A stretch of 43,371 bases of DNA, from assembly GCA_003695265.1 (NCBI GenBank), contig RFII01000047.1, forward strand, positions 1 through 43,371, in the 5' to 3' direction. This stretch comes from Candidatus Woesearchaeota archaeon (GTDB taxonomy: Archaea; Nanobdellota; Nanobdellia; Woesearchaeales; J072). The notes under the pieces are model-generated. The model saw nothing but the letters and a program-made list of their open reading frames with translations. It was not told the origin of the DNA and made no database searches. Position 1 is the first letter of the stretch; every line of letters starts with the position of its first letter. This document shows, one piece after another, positions 33,680 to 43,283 of this stretch. The translations under genes and the position numbers were made by a program.

Positions 33680-34687
33680 TTCGTCGCTCATCTTAGCAAA
33701 TGCCTCATCTTTTTCTGTTCTTTGTTCTTTGCCAAGAATCCACGGCGACTTAACACCCGTTATTATTGTCATAACGCAGACTTTTCCTGTCATTCCTTCA
33801 TTTATTCTTGCCCCCCATATCACATTTGCGTCAACGTCAAGGCTTTCTGTAACTAATTCGCCGATCTTGTTGATCTCATCAAGCGTCATGTCAGGACCGC
33901 CCTCAATATGTATTAGCGCTCCTTGCGCTCCTTCATAATTGATGTCAAGCAATGGGTTTGAGAGGGCTCCTTTAACTGCTTCTTCCACGCGGTTGTTTGT
34001 GTCTGATGAGCCTATTCCAATAGCCGCTACGCCGCCATCAGTCATTATTGCTTTTACGTCAGCATAATCCAAGTTTACTAGGCTTGGAACAGCTATTGTC
34101 TCAACTATTCCTCTTATCATTGTTGCTATAAGCTCATTTGCAACTGCGAAAGCCTGTTGGATTGGCAAATCACCAGCGATTGAGACTAATCTGTTGTTAT
34201 CAATTACAATTACTGTGTCTGACACTTTCCTTAATTCTTGCAAACCGAATTCTGCCTTATCAATCCTTGCCCTTTCTATTTTGAAGGGCATTGTCACAGT
34301 GCCTATGACTATTGCGCCGTTGCTCTTTGCAACATTGGCAATTATCGGAGCTGCTCCTGTGCCTGTTCCGCCACCCATCCCCGCGCAGACAAAAACCATG
34401 TCAGAGCCGTTAACGCAGTCTTTTATCTCATTAATTGTTTCTTGGGCGGATGCAGCTCCCTTCTCTGGAAATCCACCACATCCTAAGCCGCGAGTAATGT
34501 TTTTTCCTATTAGGAATTTGTGATCAGCATCTGTTATTTGTAAGTGTTGCTCGTCTGTGTTGCATGCTATAATCTCGGCTCCCCTAATGCCTTTGTTGTA
34601 GAGCCAGTTTATCATGTTTGAACCTGCGCCCCCGACGCCAATCACTTTTATGTTAGCTTTTCCAACAGAACTTGTGGCACCATCCAT
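33659..34687 (-). CDS. ftsZ: Cell-division GTPase FtsZ
   Basis: IKVIGVGGAGSN and the tubulin signature GMGGGTGTGAAP. GAGGTGA lies 7 nt before the ATG. Confidence 0.95.
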   Translation of the reverse strand: MDGATSSVGKANIKVIGVGGAGSNMINWLYNKGIRGAEIIACNTDEQHLQITDADHKFLIGKNITRGLGCGGFPEKGAASAQETINEIKDCVNGSDMVFVCAGMGGGTGTGAAPIIANVAKSNGAIVIGTVTMPFKIERARIDKAEFGLQELRKVSDTVIVIDNNRLVSIAGDLPIQQAFAVANELIATMIRGIVETIAVPSLVNLDYADVKAIMTDGGVAAIGIGSSDTNNRVEEAVKGALSNPLLDINYEGAQGALIHIEGGPDMTLDEINKIGELVTESLDVDANVIWGARINEGMTGKVCVMTIITGVKSPWILGKEQRTEKDEAFAKMSDELGIVPL

Positions 34688-34858
34688 TCTATTTTCACCT
34701 CTTTTGGTCTTTGGTTTTTTAAAATTTCAAAAAACAATACAAATATTTCATACATAAACTAGTATATAAAGTTTACGGATTTGTATACTGAGATATCTTT
34801 CTTATCTTTGTTTTTTGGAAAGAAATAATGTTATTTAGGATTAAAAAAAGAAAAGAAT

Positions 34859-34873
34859 GAGGCTCTAAGCCTC
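34859..34873 (-). terminator. GAGGCT-cta-AGCCTC hairpin, followed on the minus strand by a T-rich run
   Basis: 6-bp stem located 29 nt after the stop of the coiled-coil gene. The T-rich tract lies at 34836-34855 (minus-strand sense). Confidence 0.45.
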
Positions 34874-34901
34874 AAAAAAACACACCTCTTTTTCCACCAA
34901 A

Positions 34902-36446
34902 CTAGGCTAAATTAATAATATCATAAAGGTCTCGAATGGTGTTTTTTAAAGCCTGCTTCTCATCATTGCTTAGTTTTAGCTCATAGAAAAGGCTTCTTAT
35001 CTCATTGTAGAGTTGCTTTGCCTCATCAATTTTCTTCTTTGTGACAAGATCTTTGCATTCATTAATCATCCTGTATATTTTTGCTTGATTGGGTTCAGGA
35101 ATTTTTAAGCGCTCATGAACGTTCTCAATATGGCTTATTTCCTTGCTGTCATCAGCAATTCCTGCCATCTTTTTTTCCATGTAAAAGTGGAATTCCTCAT
35201 CCTCAAGCTCTGCCTTTTCTTTGTCATATTCTGACTCAACATAGTCTAAAGCGCGGTCTTCTAGCTCTATCATTTTTTCTTTTTTCTCTAATTCTTTCTC
35301 TTTTTCCTTGAATTTTTTCTCAAACTCTGCCTCAAGCCTTTTTCTCCTTTCCGCTAAGGATTTCTCAGCTTTTCTAAGCTCAAACTCTTTTTTTTGCAAT
35401 TCTGCTTTGAGCGCAGAAATCTCTTTTTGCTCTTTCTTCTTTTTCAGCTCCCATTGTGAGATATCTTTCTGCAACTTATTCTTTCTTTGAGATAATTGTT
35501 TCTCATCTTTGACAACGAGCTGTTCGCGCTTCATCAGCTCATTTTTTTTCTTGACTAATCTTGCCTCCTTATTTTTTAATGAAATCTTGAGGTCCTCTAG
35601 CTGGTGCTTTAGTTTCTTTAGCTCAGATTCCTTGCTCTTTAATTCTTCGCTTTTTCTCTTAACAATCTCTTCTCTTGATTTCAGTTTCTGCTCTCTTAAG
35701 TCTGCTTTTTTTATGCGCACCACCAGCTCCTTTTCACTCGCTTGAACTAATTTCCTGCGCTCTGCAATATCAAAGTCTGCTCTTTTTCTCTGCTGCTCAA
35801 GGTTCAGTATTTCTCTTTTAAGAAGCTCTTTTCTTGCTTTTAAGTCTTCTAAATCGCGCTGTATTTTCTTTTCTTTTCTCAAAAGCTTGTCCATTTCTTT
35901 TTTTATTGTTTCAGGAACAACTTCTTCTTTTTTGGAGCTTGTAGTTGTTTTTTCTGTACTTGTTTTTCCTGGTTTTTTTGTTTTTGGCTTTGGAGGGGCT
36001 ATTCTGCATATTCTTTTGTCAATGTCAAGCCCGACTTTTCTGAAAGCCTCTTTAGCTTCCTTCTGTTTCTGGTCAGCGATCCTTTTATCAATGTCTATTC
36101 CTATTTTTTTGAATGATTCCTTAGCAGCCGTTGAGCTTTCCTGGGTTGCTGTCTCTGTTTTTTTTGGTTTTGGCGGCTCCGCTGGCTTTGCTGGTTGCCA
36201 TTTTGCCTCAGTAGCCTGAGCTTCTTGCTGTTTTGTCTCACTGGGCTTTTCATCTTCAAGAGATGTTGGCAATTCTATGCCCTCAAACTCAAATTGCTTT
36301 TTTTCTTTTTTAGAGAAAATTCTTTTAAAGAATCCTGGCTTTTTTTCTTTCTTCTCATTTTTTTCTCTTTCAATAAGTTCTGGCGGCTTGGGAGAAGCAG
36401 GGAATTCAGGTAAGTCTAAGTCTCTTTTCGTTTTGTTCCCGAACAT
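34902..36446 (-). CDS. Large K/E-rich coiled-coil protein, disordered N-terminus, conserved-looking helical C-terminal domain
   Basis: About 514 aa from the ATG at 36446 (the track start at 36452 is GTG). Internal repeat FKKIGIDIDKRI / FRKVGLDIDKRI. About 250 aa of continuous heptad-like K/E/L sequence. Confidence 0.7.
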   Translation of the reverse strand: MFGNKTKRDLDLPEFPASPKPPELIEREKNEKKEKKPGFFKRIFSKKEKKQFEFEGIELPTSLEDEKPSETKQQEAQATEAKWQPAKPAEPPKPKKTETATQESSTAAKESFKKIGIDIDKRIADQKQKEAKEAFRKVGLDIDKRICRIAPPKPKTKKPGKTSTEKTTTSSKKEEVVPETIKKEMDKLLRKEKKIQRDLEDLKARKELLKREILNLEQQRKRADFDIAERRKLVQASEKELVVRIKKADLREQKLKSREEIVKRKSEELKSKESELKKLKHQLEDLKISLKNKEARLVKKKNELMKREQLVVKDEKQLSQRKNKLQKDISQWELKKKKEQKEISALKAELQKKEFELRKAEKSLAERRKRLEAEFEKKFKEKEKELEKKEKMIELEDRALDYVESEYDKEKAELEDEEFHFYMEKKMAGIADDSKEISHIENVHERLKIPEPNQAKIYRMINECKDLVTKKKIDEAKQLYNEIRSLFYELKLSNDEKQALKNTIRDLYDIINLA

Positions 36447-36528
36447 GAGCACTTTGAATTAGATTGAGTATTTATACTTTTGTTGCAATTTTATAATAGA
36501 AACAGAAATAAAAAAGGAAGAAAGAATC

Positions 36529-36762
36529 TTATTTTCTTCCGCGAGCCATTTTTGCTCTTGAAACATCACCGTTCTTGTCAACAAAATATAGGTAGCCTGC
36601 TTCTTTTTTAACACCAACTTTTGCGACTTTCTCAACTTTTGTTCTCCCTTTCTTTCTGCCACCCCTTGCCATGACAGCACGTGAAATATCACCGTTCTTG
36701 TCAACAAAATATAGGTAGCCTGCTTCTTTCTTTACACCTGCTTTTGCAACTTTTTCTGCCAT
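36529..36762 (-). CDS. Small basic protein made of two tandem ~38-aa modules
   Basis: 77 aa. The two modules are AEKVAKAGVKKEAGYLYFVDKNGDISRAVMARGGRKKG and VEKVAKVGVKKEAGYLYFVDKNGDVSRAKMARGRK. AAGGTGA lies before the ATG. Confidence 0.7.
   Translation of the reverse strand: MAEKVAKAGVKKEAGYLYFVDKNGDISRAVMARGGRKKGRTKVEKVAKVGVKKEAGYLYFVDKNGDVSRAKMARGRK
36565..36606. repeat. 42-nt perfect direct repeat, copy 1 (intragenic)
   Basis: ATCACCGTTCTTGTCAACAAAATATAGGTAGCCTGCTTCTTT is identical at 36688-36729. Period 123 nt = 41 codons. Confidence 0.95.
36688..36729. repeat. 42-nt perfect direct repeat, copy 2 (intragenic)
   Basis: Identical to 36565-36606. Confidence 0.95.
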
Positions 36763-36937
36763 ATTTTATCACCTTTTTCAATTTTAAAAAATTGGCTTAT
36801 TCTCCACGATAAATCTCTTTACTTTATTAATCTTTCGTTTTTTCCGACTAAAAAACATATTTTTCTCGTCTATATTTTTACTACAAAAAAGTGAGAAACC
36901 GACGACAAACCGATCATTCTGATTTAAATGATTATAT

Positions 36938-37783
36938 TTAAATAACAGAGATTAGAGCTTTTATTGCGACTTCAATCATTTTGTTATCCGGCCTGGCAGT
37001 TGTTATTTTCTGGATCATTTTCCCAGGCCATGTTATTATTGTTGAGAGCAGGTTGTTTTTTATTTTTGGCGTTATTCTCAGTATTTCATAAGAAATTCCT
37101 GCAATAAGCGGGATGAGGATTATTCTAGACAGGAGCCTCATTGCCCATGTTTTTGGTGTAATAAGTGAAAAAGTTATTATGGCAATTATCAGAACGATCA
37201 TTATAAAGCTGGTGCCGCACCTTTTATGAAAAGTGGGGCATTTCTTCACGTTCCTCACTGTTAATGGCTCTCCTTTCTCATAACAGTTTACCACCATGTG
37301 CTCTGCTCCGTGGTATTGGAAGAGTCTTTTCACATCACCCATAGTTGAGATTATTAGAACATAAGAAACAAAAAGTATTATCCTTATGATTCCATCAATA
37401 AGATTGAATGTTAAGTTGTATTCTTTTGTAATCCATTTTGTCAAAAAAAAAGGAATTATTAAGAAAACACCCACAGCTAAAAAAGTAGAAATAAACATTA
37501 TAAGACTAATCTCTTTTTTGCTCATTTTGTTTTCTTCTTTCCCCTCTGCTTCATTAGCACTGTAAGTTAGCGCTTTTAGCCCGATGATTAATGTTTCAAC
37601 CAAAATTCTGAAGCCCCTTATAAAAGGCCATTTTAAGAGTTGTACGCTTGGTTCTCTAAGAAGCTCTTTTTTAATCTTTATTTTTCCGTTTGGCTTTCTT
37701 ACTGCGATTGCTATTTTGTTCTCATTTTTCATAAGAACACCCTCAATGACTGCTTGGCCGCCGATAATATTTTTCCCTGGCAT
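36938..37783 (-). CDS. DUF1385-family membrane protein (YqhQ-like)
   Basis: IGGQAVIEGVLMK N-terminus, YHGAEHMVVNCYE motif, several TM helices. Confidence 0.85.
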   Translation of the reverse strand: MPGKNIIGGQAVIEGVLMKNENKIAIAVRKPNGKIKIKKELLREPSVQLLKWPFIRGFRILVETLIIGLKALTYSANEAEGKEENKMSKKEISLIMFISTFLAVGVFLIIPFFLTKWITKEYNLTFNLIDGIIRIILFVSYVLIISTMGDVKRLFQYHGAEHMVVNCYEKGEPLTVRNVKKCPTFHKRCGTSFIMIVLIIAIITFSLITPKTWAMRLLSRIILIPLIAGISYEILRITPKIKNNLLSTIITWPGKMIQKITTARPDNKMIEVAIKALISVI

Positions 37784-37923
37784 TTATAACGTTGAGTAGA
37801 ACTAATCTTATATATATTTTATTAAAGACCGGTGCTGTCAGCTTAAGTAAGAAAGTTTTAGTGGTGTGGGCGGGACTAAAAATCTTTATAATTTTTTAAC
37901 TCAACAAAATTGATTTAACCACC

Positions 37924-38331
37924 TTAAAGACCTAACTGCTCATCTATGTCTTTTGCCACATCTTTAAGTGCTGCGCATGCCTTGTTAAGATTGTCCTGAA
38001 CTAAGTCGACAAGTCCGGCAAGATTGTCAACAGCCAAGTAATATTTGTTGTTCTTGCTTATAACAATCCCCGAGTCCATCAATTTGTTAAGGTGATGAAC
38101 AACTGTCCCTCTGGAAAGGTTTGATTCAAATGCAATTTCGTCGCTTGACATTGGCTTGCCGATTTTTCTTGACTTAACGAGAACTATGAAGATGCGAAAA
38201 CAGCTCTTGTCTTTATCCCGTAGATTGAATAGGCCGAGCGAGCTCCCAAACCACTGCAGTTTTTGGTTTATGTCTGTGTACTTTGGCTTGTCTGACCTTA
38301 TTATGGTTATTTTGGAGTAGTGGAATCTCAT
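37924..38331 (-). CDS. Winged-helix transcriptional regulator, divergent from grpE
   Basis: 135 aa. CFRIFIVLVKSRKIGKPMSSDEIAFESNLSRGTVVHHLNKLMDSGIVISKNNKYYL is an ArsR/MarR-like wHTH. Confidence 0.75.
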   Translation of the reverse strand: MRFHYSKITIIRSDKPKYTDINQKLQWFGSSLGLFNLRDKDKSCFRIFIVLVKSRKIGKPMSSDEIAFESNLSRGTVVHHLNKLMDSGIVISKNNKYYLAVDNLAGLVDLVQDNLNKACAALKDVAKDIDEQLGL

Positions 38332-38357
38332 GAGATTATTGTTTGTTATAATTGCTT

Positions 38358-38383
38358 TATAAATTTTTGCCGAAAAATTTATA
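38358..38383. promoter_or_regulatory. 26-bp perfect palindrome TATAAATTTTT-gccg-AAAAATTTATA in the regulator/grpE divergent promoter
   Basis: 11-bp arms read directly. Each arm contains a TATA-like sequence. Confidence 0.5.
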
Positions 38384-38410
38384 TATTACCTGTTTATCTT
38401 ATGTGGACTG

Positions 38411-38429
38411 TGTTGATTTTAAATCAACA
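38411..38429. promoter_or_regulatory. 19-bp palindrome TGTTGATTT-t-AAATCAACA, 31 nt upstream of the grpE ATG
   Basis: 9-bp arms read directly. Lies between the putative TATA region and the GAGGTGA Shine-Dalgarno of grpE. Confidence 0.5.
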
Positions 38430-38459
38430 AAAATTTATGGTTATCGAGGTGAGTCATTT

Positions 38460-38918
38460 ATGACAAAGAAAAAAACGACAACGGCAAAAACGCCAAAAAA
38501 AGAGGATGAGGTGAATGATCTTAAAGAAACATTGCAAAGAGTTCAAGCAGATTTCGAGAATTACAAAAAGAGAATTGAGAAAGAAAATGAGCTCATCATA
38601 GAAAGAGCAAAGGCAGATCTTATCAATAAACTTTTGCCAATAATTGACAGCTTTGACCTCGCTTTAACCAACAAAGATAAATGTGAAGATTTCATAAAAG
38701 GAATCGAACTAATTTATGCCCAGTTTATGGATATTATGAAAAAAGAAGGACTCGAGCAGATAAAAGCTCTTAATGAAAAGTTCGACCCTTTCAAGCATGA
38801 AGTTCTCTTGCAAGAAGAATCAAATAAAGAGAAAGGAACTGTCCTGGAAGAGCTCCAGAAAGGGTACATGTTCAAAGATAAGGTTTTACGCCCGACAAAA
38901 GTCAAAATAAGCAAATAA
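38460..38918 (+). CDS. grpE: Nucleotide exchange factor GrpE
   Basis: LQRVQADFENYKKR...LLPIIDSFDLAL...KFDPFKHE...GYMFKDKVLRPTKV. GAGGTGA lies 7 nt before the ATG at 38460. Confidence 0.9.
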   Translation: MTKKKTTTAKTPKKEDEVNDLKETLQRVQADFENYKKRIEKENELIIERAKADLINKLLPIIDSFDLALTNKDKCEDFIKGIELIYAQFMDIMKKEGLEQIKALNEKFDPFKHEVLLQEESNKEKGTVLEELQKGYMFKDKVLRPTKVKISK

Positions 38919-38936
38919 TAAAGATGAGGTAAAAAA

Positions 38937-39248
38937 ATGGAGAAAACCACACAAAAAATGTTTTTGAAAGCAGAAGGGATACTAAAATATCTGGAAGGTA
39001 ATAATGATAAAATAGACACTTTAATTATGTGCAAACCAAATAATATTGAGCTTGTCACAACAGATCAAAGCCTGTACGAGGCTGTTGGCTCAGTTAAAGA
39101 TAAGACAAAAATAAATTATGCAAAACTAGTAAAGTTCTTGGAAGTGGTTAATATTGTTTCTTTTAAGGAAAAAATGCAAAAGCCGCGCACAATCCTAAAG
39201 GAGGAGCGTGTGAAAGAATTAAGAAAAAAAGTCTCAGGAGGTGAATAA
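38937..39248 (+). CDS. Hypothetical 103-aa protein inserted between grpE and dnaK
   Basis: ORF track. GAGGT lies before the ATG. Its stop is 2 nt before dnaK. No family recognised. Confidence 0.6.
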   Translation: MEKTTQKMFLKAEGILKYLEGNNDKIDTLIMCKPNNIELVTTDQSLYEAVGSVKDKTKINYAKLVKFLEVVNIVSFKEKMQKPRTILKEERVKELRKKVSGGE

Positions 39249-39250
39249 TC

Positions 39251-41149
39251 ATGGCTGAAAAAACAAAAAAGGAGAAAATAATAGGCATAGATTTAGGAAC
39301 ATCAAATTCCGCGGCTGCAGTTCTTCAGGCAGGAAAACCAGTAATGATTCCATCAGCAGAAGGCACTTCACAGTATGGAAAGGCATTCCCAAGTGTTGTG
39401 GCCTTCACTAAAGATGGCCAGCTTCTCGTAGGAGAACCTGCAAGAAGGCAGGCAGTTTCAAACCCAGAGAACACAATAATTGCTGCAAAAAGAAAGATGG
39501 GCCAAAAATTTGAATATAATATAAATGGTAAGAAATACACACCGCAGCAAATCTCAGCATTTATTCTTCAAAAGATTAAGAAAGACGCTGAAGAGTTCAT
39601 CGGAGAACCTATCAGCAAAGCAGTGATTACCTGCCCGGCATATTTTGATGATGATCAGAGGCAGGCAACAAAGGACGCTGGTACGATTGCCGGCTTAGAG
39701 GTTGTGCGCATAATAAACGAGCCAACAGCAGCATGCTTGGCATATGGTCTTGACAAATCAGATAAAGAAATGAAAATACTTGTGTTTGACTTTGGAGGAG
39801 GAACCTTAGATGTTACTATAATGGAATTTGGAGAAGGCGTCTTTGAGGTTAAGTCAACCTCAGGAGACACGCAGCTCGGCGGAACAGACATGGACAACGC
39901 ATTGATGAATTTTATAATTGAGGATTTCAAGAAAAAAGAAGGAATAGACTTGAGCGAGGACGACACTGCAATGCAGCGCTTAAGAGAAGCCGCTGAGAAA
40001 GCAAAAATAGAGCTCTCAACAACATTAGAAACAGAGATTAATCTGCCGTTCATAACAGCAACTGATAAAGGACCAAAACATCTTAATATGAAAATAACAA
40101 GAGCAAAGCTCGAACAATTAGTAGAGCCTATTATTAAGAAATGCAAAGCACCTATGGAGCAGGCAATAAAAGACGCTAAACTAAAAGCAGATGATATTGA
40201 TAAGATAATTCTTGTAGGTGGGCCAACAAGAATGCCAATAGTAAGAAAATTCGTTGAAGATTTTATAGGTAAAAAAGCAGAACGTGGCATTGATCCTATG
40301 GAGTGTGTTGCTCAAGGAGCAGCAATCCAAGGAGGCGTTCTAGCAGGAGAAGTAAAAGATATCTTGTTGTTAGATGTGACTCCATTAACACTTGGAATAG
40401 AAACTCTTGGCGGTGTAAGAACACCTTTGATTGAAAGGAACACAACAATCCCAACAAAGAAAACACAGATTTTTTCCACTGCAAGCGACAATCAGACTGC
40501 AGTTACGATAAACGTTTTGCAGGGAGAAAGGCCTATGGCAGCTGACAACAAAAGCTTAGGCAGGTTTGACCTTGTTGGAATACCTCCTGCTCCGAGAGGT
40601 GTTCCTCAGATTGAGGTAACTTTTGACATTGACGCTAACGGAATCCTCCATGTTACAGCAAAGGATCTTGGTACTGGCAAAGAGCAGAGTATCAAGATCA
40701 CTGCTCCAAACAAGCTAAGCGAAGAAGAAGTTGAGCGCATGAAAAAAGAGGCAGAGGAACACGCGGAAGAAGACAGGAAAAGAAAAGAAGAGGTTGAAGT
40801 AGTAAATCAAGCAGACAGCTTAGTGTATAGCTCTGAGAAAATATTCAAAGAGTTTGAGGGTAAGATTGACAAGAAAGAAATTGAAGAAGTGAAGAAAGAA
40901 GTAGATGAATTAAAGAAAATGCTCAAAGAGGACAAAAAAGACGTTGAAAAGATGAAGAAAAAGATCGAAGAGATTAATCAGAAAATGCAAAAACTGTCAA
41001 CAGAGCTTTACCAAAAGGTTTCTGCTGAGCAGGCAAAGCAGCAACAACAGGGAGAAACAGGAGACACTAAGGAAGAAAACAAGAAAAAAGACGAAAAAGT
41101 GGTTGACGCAGAGTACAAAGAAAAGAATGACGAGAAGAAAAAGGATTAG
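39251..41149 (+). CDS. dnaK: Hsp70 chaperone DnaK
   Basis: [29 protein letters not shown], plus an acidic/K-rich C-terminal tail. GGAGGTGA lies before the ATG. Confidence 0.97.
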   Translation: MAEKTKKEKIIGIDLGTSNSAAAVLQAGKPVMIPSAEGTSQYGKAFPSVVAFTKDGQLLVGEPARRQAVSNPENTIIAAKRKMGQKFEYNINGKKYTPQQISAFILQKIKKDAEEFIGEPISKAVITCPAYFDDDQRQATKDAGTIAGLEVVRIINEPTAACLAYGLDKSDKEMKILVFDFGGGTLDVTIMEFGEGVFEVKSTSGDTQLGGTDMDNALMNFIIEDFKKKEGIDLSEDDTAMQRLREAAEKAKIELSTTLETEINLPFITATDKGPKHLNMKITRAKLEQLVEPIIKKCKAPMEQAIKDAKLKADDIDKIILVGGPTRMPIVRKFVEDFIGKKAERGIDPMECVAQGAAIQGGVLAGEVKDILLLDVTPLTLGIETLGGVRTPLIERNTTIPTKKTQIFSTASDNQTAVTINVLQGERPMAADNKSLGRFDLVGIPPAPRGVPQIEVTFDIDANGILHVTAKDLGTGKEQSIKITAPNKLSEEEVERMKKEAEEHAEEDRKRKEEVEVVNQADSLVYSSEKIFKEFEGKIDKKEIEEVKKEVDELKKMLKEDKKDVEKMKKKIEEINQKMQKLSTELYQKVSAEQAKQQQQGETGDTKEENKKKDEKVVDAEYKEKNDEKKKD

Positions 41150-41180
41150 CTTTATAAGCTAGTCCTAATTCCAAAGCCAA

Positions 41181-42302
41181 ATGGCTAAAGATTATTATAA
41201 AATACTCGGCGTTGACAAAAACGCCACAAAAGAAGAAATAAAAAGAGCCTACAAAAGACTGGCAAAAAAGTACCATCCTGATATTAATAAAGATCCTGGA
41301 GCTGCAGAAAAATTTAAGGAAATCTCAGAAGCAGCAGCAGTGCTTTCAGACGACCAGAAAAGAGAGCAGTATGACCAGTTTGGCAGCGCAGGCCCGGGTA
41401 TGGGTGGTTTTGAAGGGTTCAGCGGGTTTAATGACTTTGATTTCGGCTCCATGGACTTGAATGACATTTTTGATTCTATATTTGGAGGAGACTTCTTTGG
41501 CAGCAGATTCAGAAGAAGGCAAGGCCCAGTGCAAGGCTCTGACTTGCTGTACAATCTAGAAGTTGATTTGGAGGAAGCTGCTTTCGGCGCAAAAAAAGAG
41601 ATAAGTGTTCCGAGGCATGAAACGTGCAGTAATTGCAATGGCTCAGGCGCGGAAAGCCCATCTGATATTGTTTCATGCAGTGACTGCGGAGGGACAGGAG
41701 TTCTAAGAAGAACACAAAGGACTCCTTTTGGCATGTTTAGTACACAGACAACATGTAGGAAATGCCATGGCTCCGGAAAATTTATAAGAAATAATTGTCA
41801 CATATGCAAAGGGTCTGGGATTGTTAAGAAGGTTAGTAAGATAGAGGTTGAGGTTCCTAAAGGTGTTTTCACTGGCTCAAAGCTTAGAATAAGAGGTCAT
41901 GGAGAGGCAGGACAGAAAGGAGGGCCTCCTGGAGACTTGTTCGTTGCTATCAAGGTTAAGCCACACCCCATTTTTGAGAGGGATGGAAACAATATTTACA
42001 TTACTGTACCGATTAATTTTACAGAGGCTGCACTGGGGACAAGCATAGAGGTTCCAACTTTAAAAGGAAAGGCTGTTCTCAAAGTTCCTCCTGGCACGCA
42101 ATCAGGCACGATTCTAAAAATGAGTGGGAAGGGAATCCCTGATTTGCACTCTGGAAGGCCTGGCAACCAGATGGTCCGAATAATTGTCGAAACGCCAACA
42201 AAGCTAACAAAAAAACAAAAGGATTTGCTTAAAAAGCTAGACTTAAAAAGCCCGCGAAAAAAGAAAGGGCTGTTTGATAAGATCAAAGGCTCACTCTTAT
42301 AA
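41181..42302 (+). CDS. dnaJ: Hsp40 co-chaperone DnaJ
   Basis: J domain YYKILGV...[11 protein letters not shown] region, four CxxCxGxG zinc motifs. Confidence 0.95.
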   Translation: MAKDYYKILGVDKNATKEEIKRAYKRLAKKYHPDINKDPGAAEKFKEISEAAAVLSDDQKREQYDQFGSAGPGMGGFEGFSGFNDFDFGSMDLNDIFDSIFGGDFFGSRFRRRQGPVQGSDLLYNLEVDLEEAAFGAKKEISVPRHETCSNCNGSGAESPSDIVSCSDCGGTGVLRRTQRTPFGMFSTQTTCRKCHGSGKFIRNNCHICKGSGIVKKVSKIEVEVPKGVFTGSKLRIRGHGEAGQKGGPPGDLFVAIKVKPHPIFERDGNNIYITVPINFTEAALGTSIEVPTLKGKAVLKVPPGTQSGTILKMSGKGIPDLHSGRPGNQMVRIIVETPTKLTKKQKDLLKKLDLKSPRKKKGLFDKIKGSLL

Positions 42303-42371
42303 CTACCTCTCAAGAGGAACATTTAAATACTTCTTTTTGTAGAGTAAAAAACTTAAACAAGGTGATGAACT

Positions 42372-43283
42372 ATGAAAGAAGAAAACAGACAAGCACAAAT
42401 TAGTGGACAGAACCCCATCCCAGCGAGTAGTTCTGCCTACAGGAGAAGTTATTATCACAGCGCGGATAATTCTGGCTGGAAATTTGTTGGGGCATTATTC
42501 GGTGGGGCGGCTGCAATAATTGCAGGATTATTAGTTTATGATAACTTAAAAGGCCCTAAAAAGCCTGAGTATCTGCCCACAAGCATGATCAACGTGGTTA
42601 ATCACCTAAGAGTTGAGCCGCATAATGAGAAGTGGTTTGTGAACTCAAGAGTTATTTACGCTTCTGGCTCAAACGCCTTAGTAAAAGAGGGCAGTAGTTC
42701 ACTTTATTTGCAGGGAGAGGGCATTGAAAGCACTTTAAAAAATGCAAGAGGTTTATTCTTAAGTGAATCAGGTGAAGGCGGCTTATCCTTAATCATTGAG
42801 GGTATTAGAACAGGAGATGGCACGCAGATGGGCCTTGACCAAGCCATACGAATCAATACTGATTTTGATGGACAATTCGCAAACGCAAATCATTATAAAC
42901 ACTTGCCTAGCACGCTAAGGCATGACAGGAAAGGAAGCATAAAGAAAGTTATTGGCGGCGCAGACGGCGGAGCTTTAGTCAGCGCAAAAGGCGCAGTTGA
43001 GTTTAACCAGGACTTAAAAGGGTATGTTGTTAGGTTCGGAGAAGGCCCCACGGGAGTATTGCTAACAGGTATTAGCCCAGACCAAGAGTTTTTCCTTGAC
43101 GCAGCAATGAGCAGCAAAACGAAGGTCCAAGTTTTCGGGAGTGCAGAAAGCTTGTGGGATTATAAAGGAAAAGTAAGTTATGATCCCTCAACAGGCAAAG
43201 GAAGCGGAAGAGGAAGCTCTGGCATTATTGCAGCGCTTAAAGTTGATAATGTAGCTGCTTTTGGTAAAAATATTCCAAAATAA
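42372..43283 (+). CDS. Membrane-anchored hypothetical protein (single N-terminal TM, G/S-rich extracytoplasmic domain)
   Basis: 303 aa. TM helix WKFVGALFGGAAAIIAGLLVY. AGGTGA lies before the ATG. Composition is visibly less K/E-rich than the neighbouring genes. Confidence 0.6.
   Translation: MKEENRQAQISGQNPIPASSSAYRRSYYHSADNSGWKFVGALFGGAAAIIAGLLVYDNLKGPKKPEYLPTSMINVVNHLRVEPHNEKWFVNSRVIYASGSNALVKEGSSSLYLQGEGIESTLKNARGLFLSESGEGGLSLIIEGIRTGDGTQMGLDQAIRINTDFDGQFANANHYKHLPSTLRHDRKGSIKKVIGGADGGALVSAKGAVEFNQDLKGYVVRFGEGPTGVLLTGISPDQEFFLDAAMSSKTKVQVFGSAESLWDYKGKVSYDPSTGKGSGRGSSGIIAALKVDNVAAFGKNIPK

Noticed and set aside
36565-36729. 123-nt-period direct repeat, considered as a mini CRISPR or other repeat array
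   Set aside because: Only two copies exist. They lie in frame inside a well-supported ORF, where they encode the duplicated protein module. There are no cas genes and no spacer-like unique segments of CRISPR dimensions.
39655-40290. Long antisense ORFs inside strong genes: 211 aa opposite dnaK, 163 aa at 4982-5473, 161 aa opposite dnaJ, 144 aa opposite the methylthiotransferase, and the S/F/L-rich ORFs opposite the coiled-coil gene at 35081-36462
   Set aside because: They are shadow frames of well-supported genes. They have low-complexity S/F/L/P-rich translations typical of the antisense of K/E-rich coding sequence, and no independent start signals.
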